In this document: piece after piece, positions 1-14,500 of the stretch | How the letters are laid out: every line of letters begins with the position of its first letter | Position numbering within the stretch: the first letter of the stretch is position 1 | Source: the human T2T-CHM13v2.0 reference genome, Homo sapiens | Assembly: GCF_009914755.1 (NCBI RefSeq) | Contig: NC_060929.1 | DNA length: 64,000 nucleotides | Direction: 5' to 3' (one strand) | Position numbers and translations under genes: made by a program | The notes under the pieces: generated by a model | What the model saw: only the letters and a program-made list of their open reading frames with translations | What the model was told of the DNA's origin: nothing | Databases searched by the model: none

Positions 1-461
1 AAGTTTATGGTAAGTTGGCTGTAACTTCGGGTCCGAGCTGGCAAATAAAAAAATTGAAAATCCTCTAAAAATATCTTAAAGGACAGAAATGACAGAGGAC
101 TATGTTTGGAGTAGAACAAGGATGATTGGCAATGAAGCATGTAAGGAGGAGTTGGTTGGGTTGTGTCAAAATCAAACTTTTGTAAATGTCTTTATTTAAT
201 GAGAAAACATCTTACTTATGATATACCTATTTCCTAAAAATATTTTCTGAGTTATTTGAGTTTCAATTATTCAGAGGCAAGGCCCAATTCTTGGCAAGCC
301 TTGCCAAGAATTTGAAAATCTGAAAATTAAGAATTAAGAATTAATCTTTGCCAAAGAAAACCAGTAAATTGGTATTCTTTGAGTCTTCCAGGCTTGTAAG
401 ATATTTTAGTTAGTGGTCTTTATTCAAGAAGTGTTTCAATGCATATCATTGCTTTCAAAAG

Positions 462-462
<1 letters not shown>

Positions 463-502
<40 letters not shown>
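463..502. repeat. (TG)20 microsatellite
   Basis: Uninterrupted TG dinucleotide run. Confidence 0.97.
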
Positions 503-508
<6 letters not shown>

Positions 509-805
509 ATTTGGGATAAAGAGGAAAGTAAAAACGAAATTTTAAAGATAATGAGTAAAATAAATTGTGTTTTAGATTCTAATAGTGTAATCCTAGAGAT
601 TATATTTGTCACTTCAACGTTGTTTTATGGATATTCTATCAGTGACTTCCAGACTGACAAAATCTTCTTTCAGAGCCTGAAACTCACACAAGATACTTAA
701 TGTAAATTACACATATATTTGAAAATATGTCTTTATTGTCTCTATGAAAAAGCACACCTGGTAAGTTTCTTTGATGGAGAAGTTAATGCTTAAAAGCAAA
801 GCTCT

Positions 806-1129
<324 letters not shown>

Positions 1130-3609
1130 TCATTCATGAGTTCCCAAAATAAGTCTCACACATTTTTTTGCCACCTGTGCTCCAAGTCAGTTGATTTTTA
1201 CTCAGCCAGCAAATGTCTATAATGCTTTGTAACTTCTCTCCCAGTCTTACTCTCCCTTAGTGAGATCTCTACTCAAAGATATTTCACTCACAATAACATG
1301 TGAATTTCTGCGTGGATTCCAAACACTATTTTTACAATGTGGCTGAAATGCGAGGTCCCAGTGGACCCCAGGATCATAACCCCACATCTATGACTAAGTG
1401 ATTAGGTCTTAAACTCAGCAGACTATAGCTGAAGGCTGTTGTCTGTTTTACTCATAAATATCAGTGCTTTACTCTGACCTCATGCTTTTTGAATATTTTC
1501 AGATTTCTCCTATATATTTTGAGAATCCTGCATTAATATTTATAAACTGTTACATAGAAGAGTGTATAGAAGGGAAGGAGTTAGACAAATATTTTATATC
1601 ATTAAAAATTTATGGTAAGAGGGAGTCACTTTGAACCATTATTCAATTAAATAGGATATGTATTTCTCCTTGTTTCAAACAGGGATCAGTCAAACATCTT
1701 GAATTTTGACTCACCTGATGTTTATTTCTTTGATGCGTTCCTGACAAATTCTATATTCTAAGATCGAGCAAGGCGGTTTTGCTTGCTAATTAACAAAATG
1801 ATAAAATAAAATTGTGTGTGTGTGCGTGTATTTCCACAAAGTGATCTAGGAGAGGAAGTAGCAGCTTATTTCCTGACGAGGCAAGCATTAATGTTTGTCG
1901 CTTAAATCTGACCTTCCCTATTTGTGATTGAGGGTTTAAATAATTTTTGTAAGATAGGACAGCAATATCATCTTACTACGTTAAAGACACCTATTAGTCA
2001 TGTGCCAGGCAAATTGGGATTTATGACTCAGATATAATTCTTCCAAATATGCCTGCTGTTCATAAAAAGGCAGAGATACATGACTCAAAAATAACACAAG
2101 TCAGAAATAATTTTGCACTTCACTTTTCCACATTGACTTTTCTCTGGAATAGATGGCAAAATCTCCACGTTTTATGAATAGGCTTTTGTCAATACTACAG
2201 ATGTATGTTTCCAGCTTCTAAATAAAGCAAGTTTCTGAGTCAAATAAAACAAATGATCAGTTCCAGTAGAGGCAAGGGAAGATGTATACATAAGAACTAT
2301 GCATTGAAGACTGATGGAGACCCATAAATGCTTAAAAGTTCCAATGTGGATGTTGACTGTGCCTTAAGGAGAAGGTTAAGAATGTCACATATCACTTGCA
2401 ATGATTAAGTTTCTCTGTTCATGAGACAGTGTCTCATCACATATGAAGAACTGTGGAAGAACAACATACCATTTTTTGAGGGGGAGGTGGAGAAGACATG
2501 GACAGATTGAAGCACAGATAAAACATGTATTTTTCCCAAATCTGTACAAATACTGCTAAGAGCATGGCAAAGCTCCATGCTTTGTGAATATTGCTTGAGG
2601 TAACAGAAGTAAAAACACCATATTTCATTAAGGATGACAGCAATAGTATTCTCTTTTCTCTGTGGACCATCAAGTCTTTCAACTTAAATATTTTGGAATC
2701 TTATCAGACATCAAAGATATAAAATAATATAGTGCCTCCAAGATACATCTTTGTCCTTGAAGAATGATCAAAGTTCCAAGTATGTTCATAAATTAAAACC
2801 AAATGTATTTCCCAAAAATTTTAAAATGGGACTCTCTCAGTCCCATTTTAAAAAATCATGCATAAAAATTGGAAACATCATTATTTCTCCCACTGAAACA
2901 TAAGCATTATGTTTGGTGAATGTTAAAATATGAATCTTAAAAGGACAAGATTTAGTCATAATTAAGTGATTTGCACAATACCCTATGTCAGGAATTGTCC
3001 AAGGGCATGATCATGTTAGAAATAAAAATAATATGCTCTTATGAGGTTGTCCAAAATGATCACCAATTTCTACTTAGTATTGTTGATATTACACTCTCAC
3101 AACGTTTCTGAATGAAAGAGATTCTTATTCCAAGAGCAATAGGAAAGAGTCAAAGTTTTTTAAAAAGAGTGGTATTTGTTTTCTAAACACTTTTCTGTCC
3201 TCAGTGATGATAGCTAACGTCATACAATTGTATTTTATTATTAATTTCCCTGATAAGTTTTTCCAGTTTAAAAATTGGGTCTGATGGACACTCAGGCATA
3301 GGAGGAGAGGAGGCTTTGTCTCTGTGAGAGGTGAGCTGCCAAAACACAGATTCAGTTCCATGTGACTCTTGGTGCAATTTCCCTCTGCCAGTGTCAAAGT
3401 GTGAGTTGCAATTTAATTTGATTGTAATATTGAATATTCCACACTAGATATATGTCTGTCACCTGAGAATTATTCTGCTACCCTTCTTGCTTACAATTCC
3501 TTTATTTTGGCTGGGCTGAGTGTGTGCCCAAGCCACATATGATAAATAGTATATCATGTTTTTTTCTATATTAATAACAGCAGTCCTATTACTTGTCATG
3601 TCATTAATG

Positions 3610-4060
3610 TATCTAACTCCTTTGCAGCTTGATGGGGAGGATGATCCAGAAATGGCCAAGGAAATATCAGAAGAATTTTGCTCTGTGGATTTTAGAATAG
3701 ACTATAACAACAACAACAACAAAAACAACAAAAAACTTTTCCAGTGAAAAGAGACAGATGATAGTTGGTGGCATTCCTTCCCCTTTTCTTCCCCTTTTCT
3801 CTTGAATCTGAACATGAATCTGAACTTGAAGCTGCAAGGCCCATGTTTTGACCAAGAGGTCACATGAATTAAATCAAGACACAACATGGGACAGCGAGCA
3901 GCCAGAAAAAGTATTTGTATCCTGAGGACACTGTTAGCAGCTACACTGTTGATAGCAACTATGATATCTGGATTTCTTTTCAAATAACCAAAATAACCAC
4001 CTACTCATTTACTTCCACTGAATAAATTTTCAGTAGCTTGCTGTCCCAGGAATTTCCATT
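3610..4060 (+). mobile_element. Old MaLR LTR (MLT1J/K-like), degraded
   Basis: Resembles late-MLT1 3' motifs (CTGGATTTCTT...AATAAATTTTCAGTAGCTTGC); carries an (AAC)n tract near 3706-3730. Confidence 0.45.
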
Positions 4061-5668
4061 TTGTATACTCTTTAGTTAAAGGCTAAAACAAAAGGAGCTT
4101 TATATAACAATAGTTATCTGAGAATTAAAAACAGTGGAGAATTAGGTGTCACTTATTTTTATGTAAATAGAGAGTAACTAATGTTTAGCTAGTCTTTGCC
4201 TCTGTCAAAATATTAAATCATGTTATGCAACATCACAACTCCTATTTATAAAAATAAGTTGTATTGTTAGTGCCTCAAGAATATGCTTCTTATAGTAAAT
4301 ACAAATGAAATAGGACTGGTTATGCACAGTGGATAACTTTAAGCCCTTTCTATATAAAATTAACTGTATTAAGGGTTAATTTTACATTCATTATATTAAT
4401 TTTGTGTTTACTAATTAATTTATATTCTTTAAAAACAGAATGATATGTATGTTATATTCACAAATTATTGAGTGTAACACAGAAGCATACAGAGAATTCA
4501 AATTCACTAAGGAAGGCTCCAGAATCCTGCAACATTTTCTTTAGTTTGTATTAGAGCAGGATGTAAGGTTTGTTGACCTGTTACCTCTGTATTGACTATT
4601 ATGATTGTGTGTCTACATTAGAAGATTCATGACTAAATTATTAATGAATTGGATATAGGTGGTAGATACAAGTTTTATATTGGAATACCTTTTCTCCATC
4701 CCAAGAAGACATAATTGATTTCTAAATCATTCTTAATTTCCATCTCTAGGATTCTTTTTCTTAAGAAACAAACACTAAGGATAGAGAAATGAATAGAGAA
4801 TGGAAGGCAATTGAGAACACATAACCAACATATAACCAATATTAAAGTATCACCAGGGAATTTCTAGGAGACTGAAGATATTAAGAAGAGCAAGTGTTAA
4901 CTTCATCCTCTTCATTTTCTACAGGATCATAGGGTATAAAAAAGGAGATAGGCAGAGGACTCTCCTGTGAAGTCTAGTGGGCAAAGAGTCCACGCTTAAT
5001 TTGTATTTTGACACTTAGCCCTGGTTATCTTTTTCCAGTGCTTATTCACAGAGCATTATAATAAAGTAATAAAGAGAGATCACTCTGGGAGACGAAAATA
5101 CCGATGCTATTTTTCGAGCTTATTATCGCTAACAGGCAATCTTGATAATGTTTCCTGGATGAATTTTCACCTCTACCTTCTGCTAAGATAAATAGCATCT
5201 GTTAACTCAGTTGGGTCTGGCTGAGTAGTTTTCTTTTTGGCCATAATGTGTGGTGAGACACAGAGACACTGTGGCGCTTGGTGTATCCTGTCCTCAGATG
5301 AGAGAGAAAAGGAGGCAGGCCTAGCATCGCCTTGCTTCCAAGGTTTAATAATAAACCGGAAGCTCTTTAAGATCTTCCTCTATGTAAATATCAAACGGGG
5401 AAAAAAAAGAACTATTGTGCCGTACGTGTAACATAAGCAAGTCTGCTCTGGTGTTTGTCTACATTTCAAGGATATTTTTGAGGGAAAGGTGAATACAGTG
5501 TAGTTTAGTTTAGTTTAGTTTAGTTTTTTTTTCTGAGGGAAACTTATTTAGGTAAATGTAATATATCATACACCAGGCTCAACTATGTAATTATAAGTTC
5601 TGAATATATAGCCATAATTTACTATCCCTGCAACCATGTAAAGTTTAACCAATAAAAATGAATATCAC

Positions 5669-6207
<539 letters not shown>

Positions 6208-6462
6208 TTATATTGTTAAATAATATTCCATTGTAAGGATATACTACACTTTATTTATCCATTCATTAGGTGATAAAAATGTGGGTTATTTCCAATTTGA
6301 GGTCACTGTGTATAATACTACTGTGAACATTTGTGTTCACATTTTTATTTTGATGTATATTTTCATTTCTCTTGAGTATATACCTGGAATTGGAATTGCT
6401 AAGTCATATGGTTACTTTATTCTGAACATTTTGAGGAACCACCAAACTGTGTTATAAAAAGG

Positions 6463-8007
6463 TGTCACGAGATCCTTGGGATGTTGCTTCACCAGGCAGA
6501 AACCTCTGTGACTGGCGGCGCCTTCTGCGTGAGTATTGCTCATGCCTGCTGGACTCGTTCTGCTCACTCGTCGCAGCAGACTGTGCTCAGCTCATGCTAA
6601 CAGCCCAGATCCCACATCTACCGAGGGTAAGCCAGGAGTGGAGCAGCGAGGGGTGTATGGATGAGTGAGTGTGGGGTCCGGCTACTGCTCACAGCCAGGC
6701 ACACTGGCTGCTGCAGTGGGGTGGTCAGCTCCAGGTGCTGACACAGGTGCTGGCTCTGTGTGAGGCTGTGGCTTGACAAGAGGTACTACACGCGGCTTCC
6801 ACTGTGGGCACCAGGCACCACGTACGGACGAGGGGAACACTGTGGCGCCTATAAGCTTGGAGACGCCAGGAACCCCAGAGCCCCAAAGAGGGTATCATAG
6901 CCCTGGCTGGGAGATGCCCTAGGTCTAGGCTCCCTTAAGGACTGCAGCCTTCTCTCCTAGTCACCCACAACGTGGCAAGCAGGGGGTGGTGTGTTTCAGC
7001 CCTGTTTGTGTTACAACTCTTTTAGTCCCACCATTTGGCAGGTCCTGGGTTCTTGTCCTACGTCCAGGAAGAATGAGGGATGTGGACAACTGGAGGGTGA
7101 GCAAAGCAGAGAGAAGCTTCATTGAGTAGCAGAAGGGCTCTTAGGAGACCCAAAGTGGGCAGCTCCTTTCTGCAGACAGATCATTGGGATGACTGTCCAA
7201 CTCTCAGCAGAGAGGAGATCTGCAGTGGGTAGTTCCTTCCTGCTTCTCCCAGCAGCTGGTAGTCCTGACATCTGTTCAAGTCTGGCTGAATCCAGGTTTT
7301 TTTTATGGGCTCAGAATGGAGGAAGTGCCTGCTAATTGGTCTATGCACGGCCATGGGTGGGCTGGAAAAAGCATTGTAAGTTGTCACTCCAGCCACAGAC
7401 TCCACCCAGAACTGACAGCCTGGCCCCCAGTCTTCAGGCTGTTCCTGGTTTGAAGGTGGGGTTTCAATGGGGACCTGTCTGTTTCTGCTCAGGAGCCTGC
7501 CTACCCCCATCAACATGCTGTCAAGGGCACCCTGGCTGCTAGCGGAGGAGTCCTGCACGGTGCCTCCTTCAGCACCCATGGCCTCCCTTCCTGAGCTCAT
7601 GGGTGACTTAAGCTTCAGAGGGAGGCTGAGGCAGCAGGGGCTTGGCATATCAGTGCCACCCTGAGTGCACACACACCCAGCTAGGTTGTGACAGCACCCA
7701 AGCTCGGGGACAACTTTGCTCTGCACCTGAGCAGGCACTGGGAGCCGGAGCAGGCACTTCCCAGCCTGCAGGGACAAGGAGGCCTCCCAGGCCCCTGAGT
7801 GCCCAGGAATGTCTGGGTCCAGAGCTGCAGCTGGGTGGCTGCAGCTGCGCCCAGGAGCAGGGGGCACCTGTCCCTTTAACTAGTTAGGGAGTGGGGTTCC
7901 CACCTGTTCCAAGCCCTTGCCTGCTCGGCTCTGGGGAGCACACAGCCTCCCCTGCTGCAATTGGCCTCCCTGCAGTGGCTGCTCCAGACGGGCCACCACC
8001 ACCATCA
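6463..8007 (-). mobile_element. MER52-family ERV1 solo LTR, GC-rich
   Basis: TG...CA termini (TGTCACGAGATCCTTGGG ... GGGCCACCACCACCATCA) match recalled MER52A ends; the host L1 resumes at 8008. Confidence 0.85.
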
Positions 8008-10079
8008 GAAGTTGTACTATTTTACATTCCCACTAGCAGTGTATGAAAGTTGTGATTTCTTTGTATCGACATCCTTATTTGTTTTATGTCTTTTGATTAT
8101 AGCTTAGTGGGTCTGAAGTGATATCTCATTGAAGTTTAATTTCTCTGATGGCTAATGATGTTGAACAGCTTTTCATGTACTTATTATTGGCCGTTTATAT
8201 ACTTCAGAAAAATGTTTTTCCCCATTCTATGGGTTATCCTCTGACATTCTCGATGGTGTCAAGTACAAAAAATTTAATTTTGACAAAACCTAATTTTTTT
8301 ATTTTACACGTAATTTTGATGTCATGTCTAGTAAAACTGTGCCTAACACAGTATCACAAAAACTTATAACACTTTCATAAATTTTTATAGTTGTGGCACT
8401 TACATTGACATCTACCTCCAATTTGTCTTAATTTTTGTGTATGGTATGAGATAGGGTCTAACAATTTTTACATGTGATATCGAGATGACCCAACATCATT
8501 TGGTAAAAAGACTATTCTTATTCCATTGAATTGTGTGTGGCACCTTTATCAAAAATCGATGGACAATGAATATGAAGGTTTATTTCTGGATGGTCAAATT
8601 TGATCCCATTGTTTACAGTTTACATTGTTTACAATTCTGTCTGTTCTATCTATCCATTGTTTCTATTCTGTTCTATCCAATCTATTCTATCTATTGATTA
8701 CATTAACATTGTTTAAAATTGTATCCATTGTTTGCAGTTTACATTAATTATAATTCTATATTACTTACAAGTATATCCTCATATCCACAGCAAACTTTCT
8801 TGAATACTATAGTTTTGTCATCAGTTTTGAAATCAGAAAGCGTAAGTCTTCCAACTTTTTTTCTTTTTCAAGCTTGTTTGGGTTGCTCTGGGAATTGTGG
8901 ATTCTTGTCTGCCCAGAGAAGAGATCCACTTGTCAAAATTCCAAAAAAAAAAAAAGTAAAAAAAAAGAGAAAAAAACAGCTAGTAGGAATTTCGATGAAG
9001 AATACATTTAATCTGTAGATTAGATTGAGGAATATTATTATCTGAACAAAATTATCTTCCAATCCATAAATAGGAATGCCCTCACATAAACTTAGAAATA
9101 CTTTAATTTACTTTAACAGTGTTTTATAGTTTTTAGAGTACAAGTTTTGCACTTCTTTGATTACGTTTTTTCCTGTTTCATTCTTTATGACACTGTTTTA
9201 AATCAAACTGTTTTCTTGATTTTATTTTTGGATTGTTTATTGCTAGTGTATAAAAATGCAATTGATTATTTTATATTGTGTTTGTACCTGTCAATCTGAC
9301 TAAAATCAGTTATTAGTTATAATAGTTTTATGGTGGATTCCCTAGAACTTTTGATATAAAAATTATGTCATCTGAAAGTAGAAATAGTTTTACATTCTCC
9401 ATTCCAACTTAGATGCTCCTGATTTCATTTGTTTGCCTGGTTGTCCTGGCTAGAACCTCCAGTAAAATGTTGAATAGCAGTGGTGAATGTCCATATTTGT
9501 CTTATTCCTGATCTTAACTGCAAAGTAATTTAGGCTTTCACAGTTAAGTATAATGTTAGCTGGGGTTGTCGTAGATGTCCTTTATCATGATGTGGGATAT
9601 TCCTCTATTCCTAGTCATCTTTTAATCAAGAAGAGGTGTTAGGTTTTGTTAAATGCTTTTCTTGTATGTATTGGAATCATCATCAATTTTTCCTTTTGAT
9701 TTTATTAACATTGCATATTATATTATTAATTTTCAGATATTAAAACAACCTTGTAGTTTTTAGATTAATTCCATTTCTTATATAATCTTTTTTATATGTT
9801 GCTAGATTTGAATCACTAGTTGTCAAGCATTTTAGTGTCCTTTTTATTATAGATATTAATCTGCTGTTCTTTTTTTTGTCATGCATTTATATGTCTGGTT
9901 TTGGTATGTGGGTAATATTGGACATATACAATGAGTTAAAAATTGTATTTTTGAAAGATTTTATGAAGTATTGTTATTAATTCTTGCTTAAATATTTGAT
10001 AGAATTCACCAAAGGAGCCACATGGGCTTGGAATTTCTTTTGTGGGAAGTTTTTTATTTGTTTTATTTTTTGTTCTAAA

Positions 10080-10470
10080 TTGATAGACTGATGAAGAAAA
10101 TGTGGTACATATATACCACGGAATACTATGCCGCCGTAAAAAGAGAAGATCATCCAGGGACTGGGATGGAGCTGGAGGCTATTATCCTTAGCAAACTAAT
10201 GCAGGAACATAAAACTAAACACCACACATTCTCACTTAGAAGTGGAAGTTAAATGATGAGAACACATGGACACATAGAGGGGAATGACACACACTCGGGT
10301 CTTTTGGAGGGTGTAGGGTAGGAGAAGGAAGAGGATCAGGAAAAATAACTAAAGAATACTAGGCTTAATACCTGGGTGATGAAACAATCTATAATAAACC
10401 CCCATGACACAAGTTTACCTGCGTAACAAACCTGCACATATACCCCTGAACTTGAAATAAAAGTTAAAAA
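10080..10470 (+). mobile_element. L1PA13-16-like 3' end fragment
   Basis: GAGGATCAGGAAAAATAACT...TACCTGGGTGATGAAA...CCCCATGACACAAGTTTACC...AAATAAAAGTTAAAAA. Confidence 0.85.
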
Positions 10471-11177
10471 TTTACTAATTCAATTATTTTGCTTTTTAGA
10501 AGTCTGCTCAGATTTTCTGTTTTCTATTCATGTTTTCTAATTATTCTTGAGTGAGTTTCAGTAGTTAGTATATCTAATTTGTTGGAATACAGTTGTTTTT
10601 AGTATTTTCTTACCATTATTTTTATTTGAGTATAATCCTGTTGTGTCCTCCATTTCATTCTATCTAAAGGTTGATCAATTTTGTTGACTCAGAACAAATT
10701 TAAAGTTTCATTGATTTCCTCTAGTGTTTCTCTATTATCTACTTCACTAATTTCTGGTCTAATCTTTATTATTTCACTGCTTTTGCCTTCTTTATGTGGC
10801 ATGTTTAGATAACATCCAAGCTAATTACCTTAAAAGATATCACTTTTCTTTCTAGTTGATTAAGGTGAAAGATTAAGGTATTGACTTAAATTTTTTTCTT
10901 CTTTAACATAAAGTTACAACTATAAAATTCCCTTTAAAGATTCTTTTACTTATATTCCATACGTTTTGGTATTTTGTGTTTATTTTAATTTATCTCAGAC
11001 CGTTTTATAATTTCCCTTGTGATTTCATTTCCTGACTCAGTGGTTATTTAAGAGTCTATTTTTTAACTTCCACATATTTGTGAATTTTCTAAATTTCTTT
11101 GTTACTGATTTCTAATTTCCTTACACTGTACTCAGAGAACTTTCTTTGTATAAATTTATTAGGACTCGCTTTAAGGC

Positions 11178-11551
11178 AGGTCATTAACAAAATACCAGAA
11201 TACGTAATTTATAAAAGAGCAGAAATGCATTTTCTCACAGTCCCAGAGGCTGGGTAATTGAAGATCTAGGAGCCAGCAGATTCTGTTGTATGGTGAGGAT
11301 TATTCTCTACTTTTAGGACAGTGCCTTGAATGTTGCTTCCTCTGGAGTTGGAGGAATACCATGTCCTCACATGGCAGTAGGCAGAAGGGCAAAAGTGACA
11401 AACTCTCCATTAAGCCTTTTTCTAAGGGCACTTAATCCCACTCACAAGGGAGAAGTCCTCGTAGTTTAATCACCTCTTAAAAACCCACCTCTTAATACTA
11501 TTACATTGGCAGCATCTACATTTAGGAGGGGTCACATTCAAACAGGTCACA
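11178..11551 (-). mobile_element. MST-type MaLR LTR (MSTC/D-like)
   Basis: TTCTCACAGTCCCAGAGGCTGGG, TGTCCTCACATGGCAG, TAATCACCTCTTAAAA, CACATTCAAAC motifs. Confidence 0.75.
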
Positions 11552-12915
11552 GTGTAACCTGTCCTGGAGAAATTTTTGTAAGTGCTTGAGAAGAATATGT
11601 ATTCTGCTGTTGTTGGGGCGTTACATGTGTATCAACAAAGATCAAAACCAAGAGTTTTATTTTTTAAACAAAGGAGGGACAGACCCAGAAAAATAATTAG
11701 ATTGAATTTCAGAGAAAGGTACTTTGAAAAAAATTTTAAAAAAGAAAACATTATTAAAGGTTTGAAAGGTTTTCAGGAACAAATGTTATGAATCTTGAAT
11801 GTAATCATGGTTTTTAATGACACTATCTGTTGTGCTGAGCAGGATAATATTATGTAATTAATGGAGATGATAGTTACTCTTCATACTAAAAATGTAGGTC
11901 ATCTGAATGGTTATTCTGGAGGCTTCACTAGACCTTGAAACACTTTTAATAGTTTAATGGTAAAGGCACTGGAATTTCTTATTGATTGATTTGACTATGA
12001 TGGGATTGCTCAGTCAATAATTCTTGGCAATACAGGGACCTACTCTGACCAGAGACTCCCTATCTGTTCCTATATAGGATATTTCATAGCCACACAGCAG
12101 AGAATCAAAGGGTATTAATCTCTCCAAATCTAACAGGAAGAAGCATACATTCTTGACTACCAGGAAGCAGACTTACTGGCCTTCAACATGAAATAAATTT
12201 TACTTATTCCTGCAAGTAGCAGGCTTGTTTCAATATAGATTTCCTTGAGCCTTCTGGTGAAACGATTTGGTGTATTCAGCTCAGTTAGAGATCACGTTGA
12301 TTCTCCTGGTCCTTGGGTATTCAAATATCTATAACCCCTGGAGATGTGTTTTTTGTTTGTTTGTCACTGTTTTAAAACTTCATTATAAGCATCAGATATT
12401 CCCTATCAACATAAGAAATGTAAATATGCACCTTGTTACTGTAGCCTACCATCCAGACAAATTTCATCTGGAATCACTCATTTTTGTCCAAATCCATGTC
12501 CTTCTTGATCTGCACATATACTCTACTTGGCCCAGGCTCCTGGACTCCCTGAAGCAGTACAGCCATTTCCTTACGATGTGACGATTCACTAAGTATATCT
12601 GAAATAAATAAGGGTGTTGGTGTATAAGGTGGGAGGTGCAAGAATGTTTGGAGGAAGTTGCAAATGGAACATCTGAGCAACATAACAAGCATTATCTCAT
12701 AGTAAGCTCCTTTTAAGATGTCTACTTGAAGTGCCAGTGAAATGTGACTGGCTTGCTAAAGTTAGAATAATTATTGATGTACTTATGAAAATGTGCTTAT
12801 TTTTAAGGGCATGGAATATTTCCCTGAAATTTGTGTTTGTTCATCTGGGTTTTTATAGCACCCTGTAAGGTAACCTATACAAGTATATTTTGTAATACAG
12901 ATTGTATGTTGTGGG

Positions 12916-13305
12916 TGTATTAGTCTGTTCTGGCTGCTATAACAGAACACCACAGACTGAGTGGCTTAAATGACAAAAATTAATGTTCTTACAGTTCTGC
13001 AGGAAGTTCAAGATCAAGATAATAGCAGGGTGGTTCTTAGTGAGGCCTTTCTTCTTGGCTTAAAGACAGCTGCCTTCTCTCTGTGTCCTCATAAGGCCCT
13101 TCCTCTGTGTGCTTGAGGAGAGAGAGATAGCTCTGATATCCCTTCCTCTTCTTGGAAGGACACCAGTTTTATCAGATTAAGGTTCCACCCTTCTGATACC
13201 ATTTAATTTTAATTACCTCCTAAAAGTCCCTATCTCCAAGTACAACCCCACTGGGGGTTAGGGCTTCAACATAGGAATTTGGGAGACACATTTTACTCCA
13301 TAGAA
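12916..13305 (-). mobile_element. MLT1A-type MaLR solo LTR
   Basis: TGTATTAGTCTG...GCTATAACAGAACACCACAGACTG...GGGTTAGGGCTTCAACATAGGAATTTGGG; near TSD GTGGG/GTGTG. Confidence 0.85.
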
Positions 13306-14229
13306 GTGTGTATAGATAGGAGGTTCTTTAATCACATGCCACAGTGTTTCTCAATGCCAAGGAAATATTCAGATTTGAAGAAAATTTGGTGGAAGGAATA
13401 AAACAGACATAGAGAAAGAGTAAAACCTCACCAATTTATACTAAGTGAGACACTAGCATAAGTAGGTAAATTTCTGAATTAAAATCATAAATATCGTAAA
13501 AAGTACATAGCATTAAATTAAATAATTACAGTGATATTAAAATTATACATGTACAGTGAAAGTGTTGCAAACTTGAGAGTTCTTTTGTGGTTAAAAGCTC
13601 AATTTGAGCAGAATAATAGGCTGAAAACTAGTTGATGCAGAGTCATCAGTGTGGAAAAAAATGGTTTTCAGATGACAGGAAACTGATCCTTTTATTTTTG
13701 ACTACATTTTACATACTTGTTCAAGTCTAGATGAATAGGAGAACCAAAGACAGCCAGTCTTTAGTCCCCTGAATGGCCCTTGTGGTTGGATGGCTCTTGG
13801 TATTAAGCTGGTTTATAAGACTAAGATGTGAAGCTATTAAATTAATTTTTAATCAAAAAAAGTAATCCTTTTAATCAGCAAACATCCATTTTTGAAGTTG
13901 ACTGGTGGATTCCCTGGACCCATCTCAATTTCCATGTAAAAATGTGCTCTGATGAAGTACTTTGCATTATGTGCTTGGCCCAACCTCTCCTTTCTGTGAG
14001 TCACTGAAATCTTGCGTCATTTTGTGCTTTGAACTGAGTCTTAGCTTTTAGGATGTTCACAGCAAACCTATAGCTACTAGTATTTAATATGGCATTTGTA
14101 TGTCAGGCATTAACAAACTAGACTGTGTCCAGACTAGGAATTATTTTTAAAAATACATATAGAAAGTCTAACCTGAATTGCAGAAAGCAAAGTAGGCAGA
14201 AAATAGCTTTAGATAAAAAAGGACTAGCA

Positions 14230-14500
14230 TTTGGAAGAAAGAATTGCTTCATAAGGCAGAACTAGGAACATGGAAATAAAGAGGAGGCAGTTTTCAGCTC
14301 AATTAAAGAAGATCTTTCCAATGTTAGAGGAGCTGTTCATTAATTTAATGAACATAAAGTGCTTCATAAAGTGAAGAGTTCCTTGTGTGGGAGGTTCTCA
14401 AGCATTGGCAAGATGACAATTTGTTAGGGGTATTTAGGAGAGACTCAGAGGATTGGAGTTTAAGTTAATGGCTTTCAAGATTCATTTCTATTTATTCTGA
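14230..14500 (+). mobile_element. L3/CR1 LINE 3' fragment
   Basis: AGGCAGTTTTCAGCTCAATTAAAGAAGATCTTTCC...GAGTTCCTTG...GGAGGTTCTCAAGCA resembles the L3 3' consensus. Confidence 0.55.

Noticed and set aside
7181-7867. 228-aa ORF and overlapping ORFs in a GC-rich island
   Set aside because: They lie entirely within the MER52 LTR; high GC lowers stop-codon frequency and there is no recognisable domain.
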